Source of the DNA: Spirochaetaceae bacterium | GTDB lineage: Bacteria > Spirochaetota > Spirochaetia > WTKD01 | Length of the DNA stretch: 64,000 nucleotides | Direction: 5' to 3' | NCBI GenBank assembly: GCA_011524535.1 | Contig: WTKD01000006.1 | Coordinates: 168,262-232,261, forward strand | Shown: positions 1 to 8,944 of the stretch, piece after piece | Layout: every line of letters starts with the position of its first letter | How positions within the stretch are numbered: the first letter of the stretch is position 1 | The notes under the pieces: model-generated | The model's database searches: none | The model's input: only the letters and a program-made list of their open reading frames with translations | Told to the model about the DNA's origin: nothing | Made by a program: the position numbers and the translations under genes

Positions 1-1
1 T

Positions 2-724
2 GGGATTGCTGCTCATGGAGGGTTTATTCCTTTTTGCGCGACTTTTTTGACCTTTAGCGATTATCTGAGACCTGCTTTGAGGCTGAGTTCGCTTATGAAA
101 CTTCGAGTGATATATGTGCTTAGTCACGATTCCATCTTTTTGGGAGAAGACGGGCCCACGCATCAGCCTATCGAGCATCTCGCAGCACTTAGGGCGATTC
201 CTGGATTACAGGTTTGGCGTCCAGCGGATGGAGAGGAAACAAATGAAGCCTGGCGGGCTGCATTGCTCCATGAAGGGCCGAGTTGCATTGTAGTCACGAG
301 GCAGGCATTGCCGGTTCTTCCAAAGCATGATTCTTCATGGGAGAGCTCGTATCCTAAGGGAGCCTATATATATTACCAGACAGATGACACACCAAAGAAC
401 GTAATCTTGGCAACGGGTTCCGAAGTGCCACTTGCTCGAGAGGCAGTTGAAATATCGGGAATTTCAGCTCGGGTTATTTCTGTCTCCGAATTACAACGAT
501 TCAAATCAGATGGTGCATTACAACGCCAATTGATTCCATCCTCAGCCAAGGTATTTACCATCGAAGCGGGAATTGCTCAATCTTGGGAATTTTTTGTACA
601 GGGGACTCAAAACATTAGCATCCACGGATTTGGTATGTCCGGGGCGGCAGAAGATCTCGCCAAGGAATTTGGTTTTGACGCAGAGTCAGTAGCAGAACGT
701 CTAAAAAAGCAGGCAAACACGTAG
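2..724 (+). CDS. tkt: Transketolase, C-terminal part (5' end outside window)
   Basis: Frame open from base 2 (GIAAHGGFIPFCATFLTFSDY). Motifs SHDSIFLGEDGPTHQPIE, ATGSEV and FGMSG. Confidence 0.95.
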   Translation, partial: GIAAHGGFIPFCATFLTFSDYLRPALRLSSLMKLRVIYVLSHDSIFLGEDGPTHQPIEHLAALRAIPGLQVWRPADGEETNEAWRAALLHEGPSCIVVTRQALPVLPKHDSSWESSYPKGAYIYYQTDDTPKNVILATGSEVPLAREAVEISGISARVISVSELQRFKSDGALQRQLIPSSAKVFTIEAGIAQSWEFFVQGTQNISIHGFGMSGAAEDLAKEFGFDAESVAERLKKQANT

Positions 725-777
725 ACTGACCTTGGCTACGTAGCAAAGCGAATAAGATATACTCTACAGGCGAGAAA

Positions 778-813
778 TAAAAGAATAAAACACCGAGGCC
801 GAAGCCTCGATGT
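778..813 (-). terminator. Intrinsic terminator of the GH16 gene
   Basis: Minus strand reads ACAUCGAGGC-UUCG-GCCUCGGUGU then UUUAUUCUUUU (cUUCGg tetraloop, U-tract), 11 nt after the GH16 stop. Confidence 0.85.
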
Positions 814-824
814 GTGCAGATGGA

Positions 825-3008
825 TTAGTTCATCGTCAATGAGACGTCATCGATGATAAGCGTGTAATCGCCAATCCCGTCAGCGAGGAGGAATTGTACC
901 ATCGCTTCGAGATCGGTTGCATACCCCATTGTGAAATCAAAAGAATATTCAGTTGGCGTATCGGTGAGTACCACTTGGGTTTGTCCAAAGCGGGTATAGG
1001 CCTTTCCTATTTCGCCGACCAATGCGGTTATCTTGCGTCCTTGGCTAATACTATCATCGATTACATTTGCAGTGAATGAGAGGGTGTAAGATGCTCCTTG
1101 CAAAATCGGAATCCCTTGGTTCATCAGCTGTAGATGCCAATCATTTCCGCTATCGACGGCATCAACCGATAAGAGAAATTTATTTTCCTCTATTCTAAGA
1201 TCGACTCCTCCATGTCCTGGTTGGGCATAAAAGCTCCAAAACGAACTCCCGGCTAGATCAGGAATACCAGGGGTGTCGGCGGATATTTGTATTGAATTGG
1301 CATCTTCCAGGGCGTACGAATTGTTTATGTTCCAGTCGAAACCGCCATTGTAAACCAAATTTCCACCAGCAACAGCTGAGCGCATGGTTGGTGGAAGAAC
1401 TTCTCCGGTTTTCTTCACGACTACATTATCGAAATAGAACTTTCCGGTGCCGATAGCGCCAAGGTTGAATTCTAGTCTTGAGAGTGTATGTGATTCATCA
1501 TTCATATCAAAACTGAATTCGTATGCATTGAAATCGTCATGGAGGGTTATGTATTGATCACCACTGAAATTTGCCCAGCCACGTTCTTCTCCAGCACCAA
1601 GTTTGACCATAATATTTTTTTCTGGGACCGACCCAAGATATCCCGCGTGGAATGAGACGGTGTAGGTGAATCCTTTTTCAATGGTGAGTTTTTCATGGAG
1701 TATCTGATTGCTAAAAAATGCAGTTCCTTCGTTTGTCACATCGATTTCGAGTACATTGTGCTCGGTAGAAATCGTGTGTTCGCCATCGTTTATTTCTAAA
1801 TTTTTCCAATAGGAGCTGTCTGGGGTGACTTGGAATGTTGACCCGTTTTCGCGCTGAATTGTATCGCCTGCGTTCCAATCAAAGCTACTGTCATAGATGA
1901 GGTTTCCTCCCGCAAGGCTTGGTCGAGATTCGTTCAGCCATGGAAATTCTATTTCTGGAGGTTCAACATCAGAGGTATAAGAATCCTTTGCATAAATACG
2001 CACATAGTCAATTTCCATTTTTTTTGGTTCGCTCATCGTTTTATCGATCAATGACTGCGCTGGGTTTCCTAGGAAATTTCCACCGATTGCGAGGTTCATG
2101 ATGAGATGAAAATCCTTGTTGAATGGAGCGGGATAATCATAGAGATCGTGCTCGATGGGGTCCGATTGGGTGTACCAAGCGTTCTGGGTTTGAGTTAAAA
2201 CATTGTCTACGTACCAACGTATTTCGCCAGGTTCCCACTCGAGGGCGTAAACATGAAAATCTGTTGCATCGGTTCCTTCTGGAAAATGATATTCATCACC
2301 GGATGAGGTGTTGTAGGGGAATTCTGCACCATAATGCAGGGTTCCGAGAACGGTTTCGGGGGTGTTCCCGTTGTTTTCCATGATGTCGATTTCACCACTG
2401 GCTGCCCAGCTACCATATTCATCGTCTTCGCTGAGCATCCAAATTGCTGGCCAGAGACCGATCCCTGCTGGTAACTTTGCACGAATTTCATATCGTCCAT
2501 AGGTTTGGGCGAATTTCCCCTTTGTTTTGATTCTTGCAGAAGTGTAACTGCATTGTTGCGTATCTGTTCGGCCCTCTGCGGTGTACGAGGCGTCTTCTTT
2601 TATTGCCCTGATAACGAGTGATCCGTCTTCAAGATAAACATTGGATGCATGGTCGGTATAACATTGCAGTTCATTGTTACCCCAGCCATTTATAAAATCA
2701 CCGTCGAAATAGAATCCATTTCCAAGATCATAGGCCCAATTAATGCCAATGTCTGCACTTTCATCATTGAATTCGTCGTTCCAGGTCAATTTCCAGTCCC
2801 CTTTTTGGAGGGATAGTTGCAAATCACCTTCTACCGATGCAGATAGTAATGCGGGATTACCTGTTCCGTTATCATAGATTATTGATTGGTCTACCGCACC
2901 AAAGGTTGAGGTTGTTGATTGAGTAGCTCCGTTTGATGAGCAGGCACTCAAAATCAATAGACATATACACAAACACGTAAATAATGCTGTCTTTCTCGTG
3001 AACTTCAT
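825..3008 (-). CDS. Lipoprotein GH16 beta-1,3-glucanase (laminarinase-like) with two C-terminal CBM4-like modules
   Basis: Lipobox LSAC. GH16 motifs WNDEF, GWGNNELQ, WPAIWML and catalytic EIDIME. Two 'GGNL(I/V)Y..F' carbohydrate-binding-like repeats. SD AAGGAG upstream. Confidence 0.9.
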   Translation of the reverse strand: MKFTRKTALFTCLCICLLILSACSSNGATQSTTSTFGAVDQSIIYDNGTGNPALLSASVEGDLQLSLQKGDWKLTWNDEFNDESADIGINWAYDLGNGFYFDGDFINGWGNNELQCYTDHASNVYLEDGSLVIRAIKEDASYTAEGRTDTQQCSYTSARIKTKGKFAQTYGRYEIRAKLPAGIGLWPAIWMLSEDDEYGSWAASGEIDIMENNGNTPETVLGTLHYGAEFPYNTSSGDEYHFPEGTDATDFHVYALEWEPGEIRWYVDNVLTQTQNAWYTQSDPIEHDLYDYPAPFNKDFHLIMNLAIGGNFLGNPAQSLIDKTMSEPKKMEIDYVRIYAKDSYTSDVEPPEIEFPWLNESRPSLAGGNLIYDSSFDWNAGDTIQRENGSTFQVTPDSSYWKNLEINDGEHTISTEHNVLEIDVTNEGTAFFSNQILHEKLTIEKGFTYTVSFHAGYLGSVPEKNIMVKLGAGEERGWANFSGDQYITLHDDFNAYEFSFDMNDESHTLSRLEFNLGAIGTGKFYFDNVVVKKTGEVLPPTMRSAVAGGNLVYNGGFDWNINNSYALEDANSIQISADTPGIPDLAGSSFWSFYAQPGHGGVDLRIEENKFLLSVDAVDSGNDWHLQLMNQGIPILQGASYTLSFTANVIDDSISQGRKITALVGEIGKAYTRFGQTQVVLTDTPTEYSFDFTMGYATDLEAMVQFLLADGIGDYTLIIDDVSLTMN

Positions 3009-3270
3009 GTTCTCTCCTTACATATTTTGAGTAATTATATATTAAAAGTCCACAAATGCAAATATAATATAAAACTAAAATAATAAACTTAAACGAAATA
3101 AGAGCATTTTATATTCCGATGTGAGTGATGTTCAGTGGTTTCTACAATGAGTAGAGAATGAACTAGGAGGATTTTCTGTAATCATGGAATTATCAACGTA
3201 GCTGGGCTGGTGAGTAGTAGGTTCCGAATTCATTTACATGTGATGTAGGCTATGGTGTACGAAGTGGAAG

Positions 3271-3960
3271 TTATTCTTCGTATTCTATTCGATTAAAGGC
3301 GCGCCAGGTTGCAATAACCGATTCTTTTGCATCGGTTGGTCTTACGTGAAGATGGAAAATACCACAGTTATTTATCTGCAAGAGTGGCATCCATCGGCCT
3401 TCGGGGGTGAAACTTGCTTTAACGATCCATTGCATGATGCCACCATGAGCAACGCAGAGAATCGACGATTTGCCTTCTTGTACGAGCTCGGCGACTTTCT
3501 CCCATATTCTATCGGATCGTATGCGGAGCGATGCAGCCCCTTCTGCCTCGGGAACCCCATCCCAGCTCAAACGTTGGTAGTCATTCCAGAGTTTGGGTTC
3601 TTCGATTTTGAGTGAGTCTATGGATCGTTCGCTAAAGATACCGGTATCAAGTTCTTGTAATTCTTCAATCGCTTCGACAGCCTCAGGGTCATGGCCTAGT
3701 TCTTTCGATACGATTTTTGCCGTTTCATTTGCCCGTATGAGCGGTGATGAATAAATTCCATCGAGATTAAAAGGTTTGAAATAGTTACTCGATATTCGTG
3801 CTTGGGTTCGCCCTTCTTTGCTCAGAGCGCTGTTTGCTCGTCCTTGCACCGTATTGCTTTTGTTCGCAATACTTTGTCCGTGACGCATAAAAAAAATGTT
3901 AACCGATTGTTGAATGGTTTCAAATCGAGAAATGGGAAGGGAAGAAGTAGGAATACTCAT
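3271..3960 (-). CDS. Histidine phosphatase (phosphoglycerate mutase-like) family protein
   Basis: RHG, SSPLIRA, ELQE and AHGG motifs. Start moved to ATG 3960, which follows an extended -10 box. Confidence 0.88.
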   Translation of the reverse strand: MSIPTSSLPISRFETIQQSVNIFFMRHGQSIANKSNTVQGRANSALSKEGRTQARISSNYFKPFNLDGIYSSPLIRANETAKIVSKELGHDPEAVEAIEELQELDTGIFSERSIDSLKIEEPKLWNDYQRLSWDGVPEAEGAASLRIRSDRIWEKVAELVQEGKSSILCVAHGGIMQWIVKASFTPEGRWMPLLQINNCGIFHLHVRPTDAKESVIATWRAFNRIEYEE

Positions 3961-3965
3961 GCTGC

Positions 3966-3974
3966 AGTGTATCA
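3966..3974 (-). promoter_or_regulatory. Extended -10 element (TGaTACACT) 5 nt upstream of ATG; leaderless promoter
   Basis: Minus strand TGA-TACACT-gcagc-ATG, no SD. Confidence 0.6.
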
Positions 3975-4271
3975 AAAAAAATATGAGCACATAACTAAAA
4001 AAATGCTAAACATAACAGAAAAACATATGAGAGGAAGAAAGTCATAGCGAATGCAAATCGATGAACCCATAGAAACTTATATATTCGAATTGCACTATTT
4101 CCCGCTCCAAAGGAAGGAATGGATCAAAAAGCACTTCCGCAATCTAAATAATTTCTCGAGATAGAAGAAACGAGAAAGAAGATATACAAGTCGATTTTTG
4201 ATATTTTGAATACGAATTATAAGGGATCAGCGGTGTAATAAATATCCAAATAAAGATGTAAAATAAAAAGT

Positions 4272-4450
4272 AAAAAATAGTTTGTTCGCGCTACATATAC
4301 CCTATAGGAAGACCATGAAAAACGATGGTGCTTCCATCTCGTCAAAAGGAAGCACACAACACACAAGAGGCAAAGAGGCCTCTTATGTGTTGGACATATA
4401 CATCATAGGTCTCCATGAAGCACTGCTTGTTACTGAATAAGCGAAGCTAG
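4272..4450 (-). ncRNA. Candidate ~180-nt structured ncRNA (6S-RNA-like)
   Basis: Closing stem 4307-4318/4403-4414 extends outward via G-U pairs to 4285-4289/4441-4445. 15-bp hairpin 4357-4392 and 8-bp hairpin 4328-4355. Wobble pairs work only on the minus strand. U-tract at the 3' end, TTTACA-N18-TATTAC upstream. Confidence 0.5.
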
Positions 4451-4616
4451 GTGGAGTAATATTTCTGAAGATTTTTTGTTGTAAATCTAGGCAGCTGGCG
4501 CTTTGAACTAGTTTGGAAGAAGAACATTATTCCGGATGCCATGCAATAGTCATACAGGGATTACATCATGTAGAGAGGAAATTCTATCATTATTTACTGG
4601 GAGTGTGTACAGAGAC

Positions 4617-6479
4617 TTACTCAATATTTGTGTAGGTGAAGGTTATCGTTCGTTGCGGGATTGAATCGTTGTGTTTTATCATGACACTTCGCAATTCTTC
4701 ATCATAATGTCTCCCGCGTGCATAGATTTCGAAGGTTGGGTCGTTCCTCCATTGCAGCCCGAAGAGGGTCATGCTATCGAAAGGAGCGATGTTGTGGAAC
4801 AAGAAATAGCTGGTACGATTTGGGGGAGAATTAATAAGAATTTGCAACTCATCGTCAGAAAAATCAGAATTTGCGATTTCTCCAACTCCCCAGGCCCATG
4901 AACGTTGCTCAGAGGTGGTAAGGCCCGTTAAATGGGGGCCAGGAGATTCAACCCTTAGAAAAGAATAGGCAGATTCGGGGTTAAAGTGATCCTGACTGGT
5001 TTCTGCATTATCAGAACCCAGATAGATAAAGTTAGGAATTGTATTCTGTTCACTTTTTAGGTTTAATACCGCTTGAACGAGGTTGCGCCCCAGGTTTATC
5101 ATATTTTCGTCTGTTCTTTCTTCACCATATCGAATAAATGAGAGACCGGCACGCAAAGATAACAAAGTATTCACTTGGTTTATGCCGGTTTTAATAAACA
5201 ACTCGCCATCAACGCGGATAAGATTGGGGATGATTTGTTCCTCTCCGATCGATTCGAACCCTAAGAGCCACGATTGAGTTTCTCTGGGATAGGTCTCTTT
5301 GAGTGTATAATGTTCGAATAAGTAGATGGCATATTCGACAGCCAATGTGGAAGGTTCTACAAACAAAAGAAAGTTTTCTAACCTGGTTATGAGTTCATCC
5401 GTCCCTGTGAAATAGGTAAAAGGTATTAAGTCCGGTTGCTCTAGAATCCGGATATCTTGAGAAAGAGTTGCGTTGAGGAGGGATTCAAGGCGATTGTTCT
5501 GAATGATTAATTGACGAGGAACAATGTCTTGCATAAATCCAAGATAGGCCATAGCGTTAAAACTCAGTTCAGAAAGATGTAACTGAGCGATACTTCTCAT
5601 ACGGATGGCTTGTTCACTGTATTCATCATCACTGAAATCGAGGTCATCGGATAGCCATGCTTCTCTGAGGAGCGAGACTATAATTTCTTCAGAAAAAATG
5701 GGAGGTTCTGTAAATCGATCCCAGGTTCCTGAGGCGCCATTTAATCGGGTATCGGTCCACCCAAGATAAGCCTCATCGATGTATTGTTCGATTTGGTTGG
5801 TATGCGATTCTGCGGATATTACTGGCAGCTGTTCAAGAATATCCACCTGTTCTACTCGAATTCCTGACTCAACACTTTCGCTCAATTTTAAGGTTGTTTG
5901 TCTATTTGTTAGAGCAATTTGAAGCAGATCGGTTGATTGTTCTACATACTGCGAAAAAGGAGGAAGAACGAGAATATAGGTGGTTTCTTGGTCCAGAAAT
6001 TCAATAATTTCGGGGTTTTCTTTATCGATTTTTTTTGCATAGTCTGCATTGGGGGAGAGACTTATCTGAATTGTTTCGTATTGAGCGAGAGAGTCGGGTG
6101 TTTCGATGGAAATACTGATGCCATTCGTTCCCTGTTCTGCGAATCGTATGGATATCGATTGTTCGAATCTAACGATGAGGCTTTGATCCTCTACTTCGTA
6201 TGATTGCACCGATACCGCTAATGTTTCATCGGGGGTATATAATGTGAGTTTGTTTTGCTCGGAGAACAAAAAACGAACTCCCGAATATGTGACATGTATT
6301 CTTGTGATGAGGGGGGAGGTTTCATCGTATCCCTGGGCAATTAATGCGGAATATTGCATCGAAGATACGGACCCTTGAACGCTCAGACGTCCAGAATACT
6401 GAAGGAAGAGAAAGCCAACGAATAGGGCAAGGTATACGAGTGGCACTACAACGGATCGATATCTTTTTATACCCTTCAC
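4617..6479 (-). CDS. Hypothetical membrane-anchored periplasmic protein
   Basis: 620-aa ORF with one N-terminal TM helix and an acidic soluble domain; no motif recognised. Confidence 0.8.
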   Translation of the reverse strand: MKGIKRYRSVVVPLVYLALFVGFLFLQYSGRLSVQGSVSSMQYSALIAQGYDETSPLITRIHVTYSGVRFLFSEQNKLTLYTPDETLAVSVQSYEVEDQSLIVRFEQSISIRFAEQGTNGISISIETPDSLAQYETIQISLSPNADYAKKIDKENPEIIEFLDQETTYILVLPPFSQYVEQSTDLLQIALTNRQTTLKLSESVESGIRVEQVDILEQLPVISAESHTNQIEQYIDEAYLGWTDTRLNGASGTWDRFTEPPIFSEEIIVSLLREAWLSDDLDFSDDEYSEQAIRMRSIAQLHLSELSFNAMAYLGFMQDIVPRQLIIQNNRLESLLNATLSQDIRILEQPDLIPFTYFTGTDELITRLENFLLFVEPSTLAVEYAIYLFEHYTLKETYPRETQSWLLGFESIGEEQIIPNLIRVDGELFIKTGINQVNTLLSLRAGLSFIRYGEERTDENMINLGRNLVQAVLNLKSEQNTIPNFIYLGSDNAETSQDHFNPESAYSFLRVESPGPHLTGLTTSEQRSWAWGVGEIANSDFSDDELQILINSPPNRTSYFLFHNIAPFDSMTLFGLQWRNDPTFEIYARGRHYDEELRSVMIKHNDSIPQRTITFTYTNIE

Positions 6480-6485
6480 AGAGAA

Positions 6486-6514
6486 ATAATACCGCTATAT
6501 ATCTGTGAAAACAA
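6486..6514 (-). promoter_or_regulatory. Sigma70 promoter TTGTTT-N17-TATTAT, 6 nt before GTG (leaderless)
   Basis: Read directly; canonical spacing and no SD. Confidence 0.6.
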
Positions 6515-6600
6515 GATATAAATCTGATAATCTTTGGAAGGAATGCTGATGAGAATAAAAATTTCTTAATTACAGCACAATATAACACCGATTCTCTGAT

Positions 6601-8007
6601 ATGCGGCAGAATAGGACTGGATTTACACTGTTGATGTGTTTTTTACTGAGTGTTGTTATTCTCACGTGTGAGACAACAAATGTTTCCGAGGATAATGCAT
6701 TAGATGAAGAGAAAGAAACGGTAATGGATCAAGAACAAACCAAAAAAAAAGAAAGCATTGCATTGTTGATTGAGAATGCACCATTTTACTATTTGCCCCT
6801 AGAAGAAGGTGTAAGGATTGAAGAATTAGAAGAAGTTGATCGAGTATTTTGGGCAGCACAGGCCTACCTTTTACAGGGGACCTTAGAAGAGGCTGAAATT
6901 CTTCTAACTACCATTGAAACTACTAAAGAGATGCAATACGAGGTGATGCACAGCTTGGCTTTAATCTCTATGCGTAGGAATGATTGGAAAACAGCAGAGT
7001 TACGCTTGTTGAATCTTTTGGATATGAACAGAGAGGATCCAGATGTGTTAACAAACCTTGCGACTGTGTATTTTGAAATGGAAACATATGCAGAGGCAGA
7101 GAGGGTGTTTAAAGACAGCTTGAAACTTCGCCGAGATGCACGAGCTTTAGAAGGGATGGCAATGGTTCATGAGCAAAATAAGCGCTATGTACATGCAGAA
7201 GAACTATACACCGAGTCGATATCATTGGAACCCGAAAACCACATGCTCTATGCATATCGAGGAAAGGTAAATGCACTACAGGATATGTTTATTCCAGCAA
7301 TTGCAGATTATACTCGAGCGATAGAAATTAATCCAACATACGCTTGGCATTATCTTGACCGAGGTCGTTTGCAGGCCGAATTGCGTAGATTTGAAATTGC
7401 ACTAGAAGATTACGATGATTTCATAGAGCTACGTTCTGATGTATTCATTGCATATTTATACCGAGCACAAATATACGAATTATTGCTAGATTTTGAATTG
7501 GCTAGAAAAGATTATGAAATGGTATTGTCTATACGAAATGATATTTCGCAGGCGCATACGGGATATGGCGTTTCTTCTTTCGTAGACGGTCTATACGAGC
7601 AAGCATTGCCTTATTTGCACCAGGCTTATGAAGAAGAAGATTACTCGGAATATGCAATGATGATAGGGCTTTCCTATTATGCTCTTGAAAGAACGAATGA
7701 ACTGAAAGATTTTCTTATACCGGTGATAAAAAAACTTCCCCAGACAGATGTATTTTATATAGTGATGAATCTTTTGTTGGATTCGACAAATATATTAGGT
7801 GCGGAACAACGGATTTCTAGCATCGAGGACAAGGTGGACCAAAACAAAGGATACTTTTATATTGGAGCATTCTACGAGGTATTGGGAAATATACGACTTG
7901 CAACCAAATTTTATGAGATTGTATACTCAGAAGATGGACGAGCGATATTTGAAACGAACATCGCTCGGTACAAGGTCGATAAGTGGGATGTCAAAATTAG
8001 CCGGTAA
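6601..8007 (+). CDS. Tetratricopeptide-repeat lipoprotein
   Basis: Signal peptide ending VILTC. Multiple TPR units (e.g. AIADYTRAIEINPTYAWHYLDRG). Confidence 0.85.
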   Translation: MRQNRTGFTLLMCFLLSVVILTCETTNVSEDNALDEEKETVMDQEQTKKKESIALLIENAPFYYLPLEEGVRIEELEEVDRVFWAAQAYLLQGTLEEAEILLTTIETTKEMQYEVMHSLALISMRRNDWKTAELRLLNLLDMNREDPDVLTNLATVYFEMETYAEAERVFKDSLKLRRDARALEGMAMVHEQNKRYVHAEELYTESISLEPENHMLYAYRGKVNALQDMFIPAIADYTRAIEINPTYAWHYLDRGRLQAELRRFEIALEDYDDFIELRSDVFIAYLYRAQIYELLLDFELARKDYEMVLSIRNDISQAHTGYGVSSFVDGLYEQALPYLHQAYEEEDYSEYAMMIGLSYYALERTNELKDFLIPVIKKLPQTDVFYIVMNLLLDSTNILGAEQRISSIEDKVDQNKGYFYIGAFYEVLGNIRLATKFYEIVYSEDGRAIFETNIARYKVDKWDVKISR

Positions 8008-8944
8008 GCGATTATCTAACCTTATTAAAGAACTCCGTACCGACAGACAAATTTGTATTATGACGCATGATTTTCCGGATCATGATGCAGTTGCTGCTGC
8101 ATTTGGTTTGCAGTACTTATTGCAGTCGGTTGGTATAGAAACCCATATTGTATATAAAGGCATGCTGCAAAGCCCGTCGTTGGAACACGCCATTTTACTT
8201 CTAAATATTTCTATCTATCATTATGATGATGTCGTAGAGGGAGGGGCGCAGATAATCACCGTTGATGGGCTTCCTAGTATTTCAGAAGATGATGATGTAA
8301 AGATTTGTGCAATTATCGACCACCATAAATTTTCTCATCCGGAATACGTGACCTATAAAGATATCCGAGCTTCGTATGGTTCTTGTGCCACCATTGTTTG
8401 GGATTATTTTCGTGATAGCAAGACAAATGTACCGCAGTCCATTGCTACGGTTTTATTGATGGGTATTATGATGGACACAATGTTTATGACTCGTGGCGTC
8501 TCACAGACCGATCTGCGTGCATATAGCGAATTGTTCTACCTCGGGGATTGGGCTCTTGCAAGCCGTTTGCTGAGAAATTCGTTATCAATAGATAACCTAT
8601 CGGTTTTTCAAGAAGCTTTGAAAAAATACAGACGTCATAACCAGCTTATATTTGTTTCTATTTCGATTGAGTGTAGCGTAGAGGTTCAAGCTCTACTCGC
8701 CGATTTTTTTCTAGGATTGCGCGAGATAACCATTGTTGCAGTGGTTATACGACACAGTGGGACAATTCGTATATCTTTGAGAAGTGAAGATAAGAGTTAT
8801 CCATGCGACCAGCTTATCCGCAAGGTTGTAGAGGATATCGGGCAAGGAGGAGGACACGCTCATATGGCAGGAGGCCAGATACCAGACAACGAATATCCCG
8901 GTGATGCAGAGATAGAAAAACGCCTTTGCGAAGGTGTATTTTAA
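7988..8944 (+). CDS. DHH/DHHA1 family phosphoesterase (NrnA/DhhP-like)
   Basis: THDFPDHDA, IDHH, MDT and GGGHAHMAGG motifs. Likely start ATG 7988 overlaps the end of the TPR gene. Confidence 0.88.
   Translation: MSKLAGKRLSNLIKELRTDRQICIMTHDFPDHDAVAAAFGLQYLLQSVGIETHIVYKGMLQSPSLEHAILLLNISIYHYDDVVEGGAQIITVDGLPSISEDDDVKICAIIDHHKFSHPEYVTYKDIRASYGSCATIVWDYFRDSKTNVPQSIATVLLMGIMMDTMFMTRGVSQTDLRAYSELFYLGDWALASRLLRNSLSIDNLSVFQEALKKYRRHNQLIFVSISIECSVEVQALLADFFLGLREITIVAVVIRHSGTIRISLRSEDKSYPCDQLIRKVVEDIGQGGGHAHMAGGQIPDNEYPGDAEIEKRLCEGVF

Noticed and set aside
3129-3163. TTTCTAC-aatga-GTAGA hairpin resembling a Cas12a repeat stem
   Set aside because: Single copy, no spacers and no cas genes; more likely a weak terminator or chance hairpin.
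7799-7987. Long 5' extension of the DHH ORF overlapping the TPR gene
   Set aside because: Homology begins near ATG 7988; the extension is just an open alternative frame.
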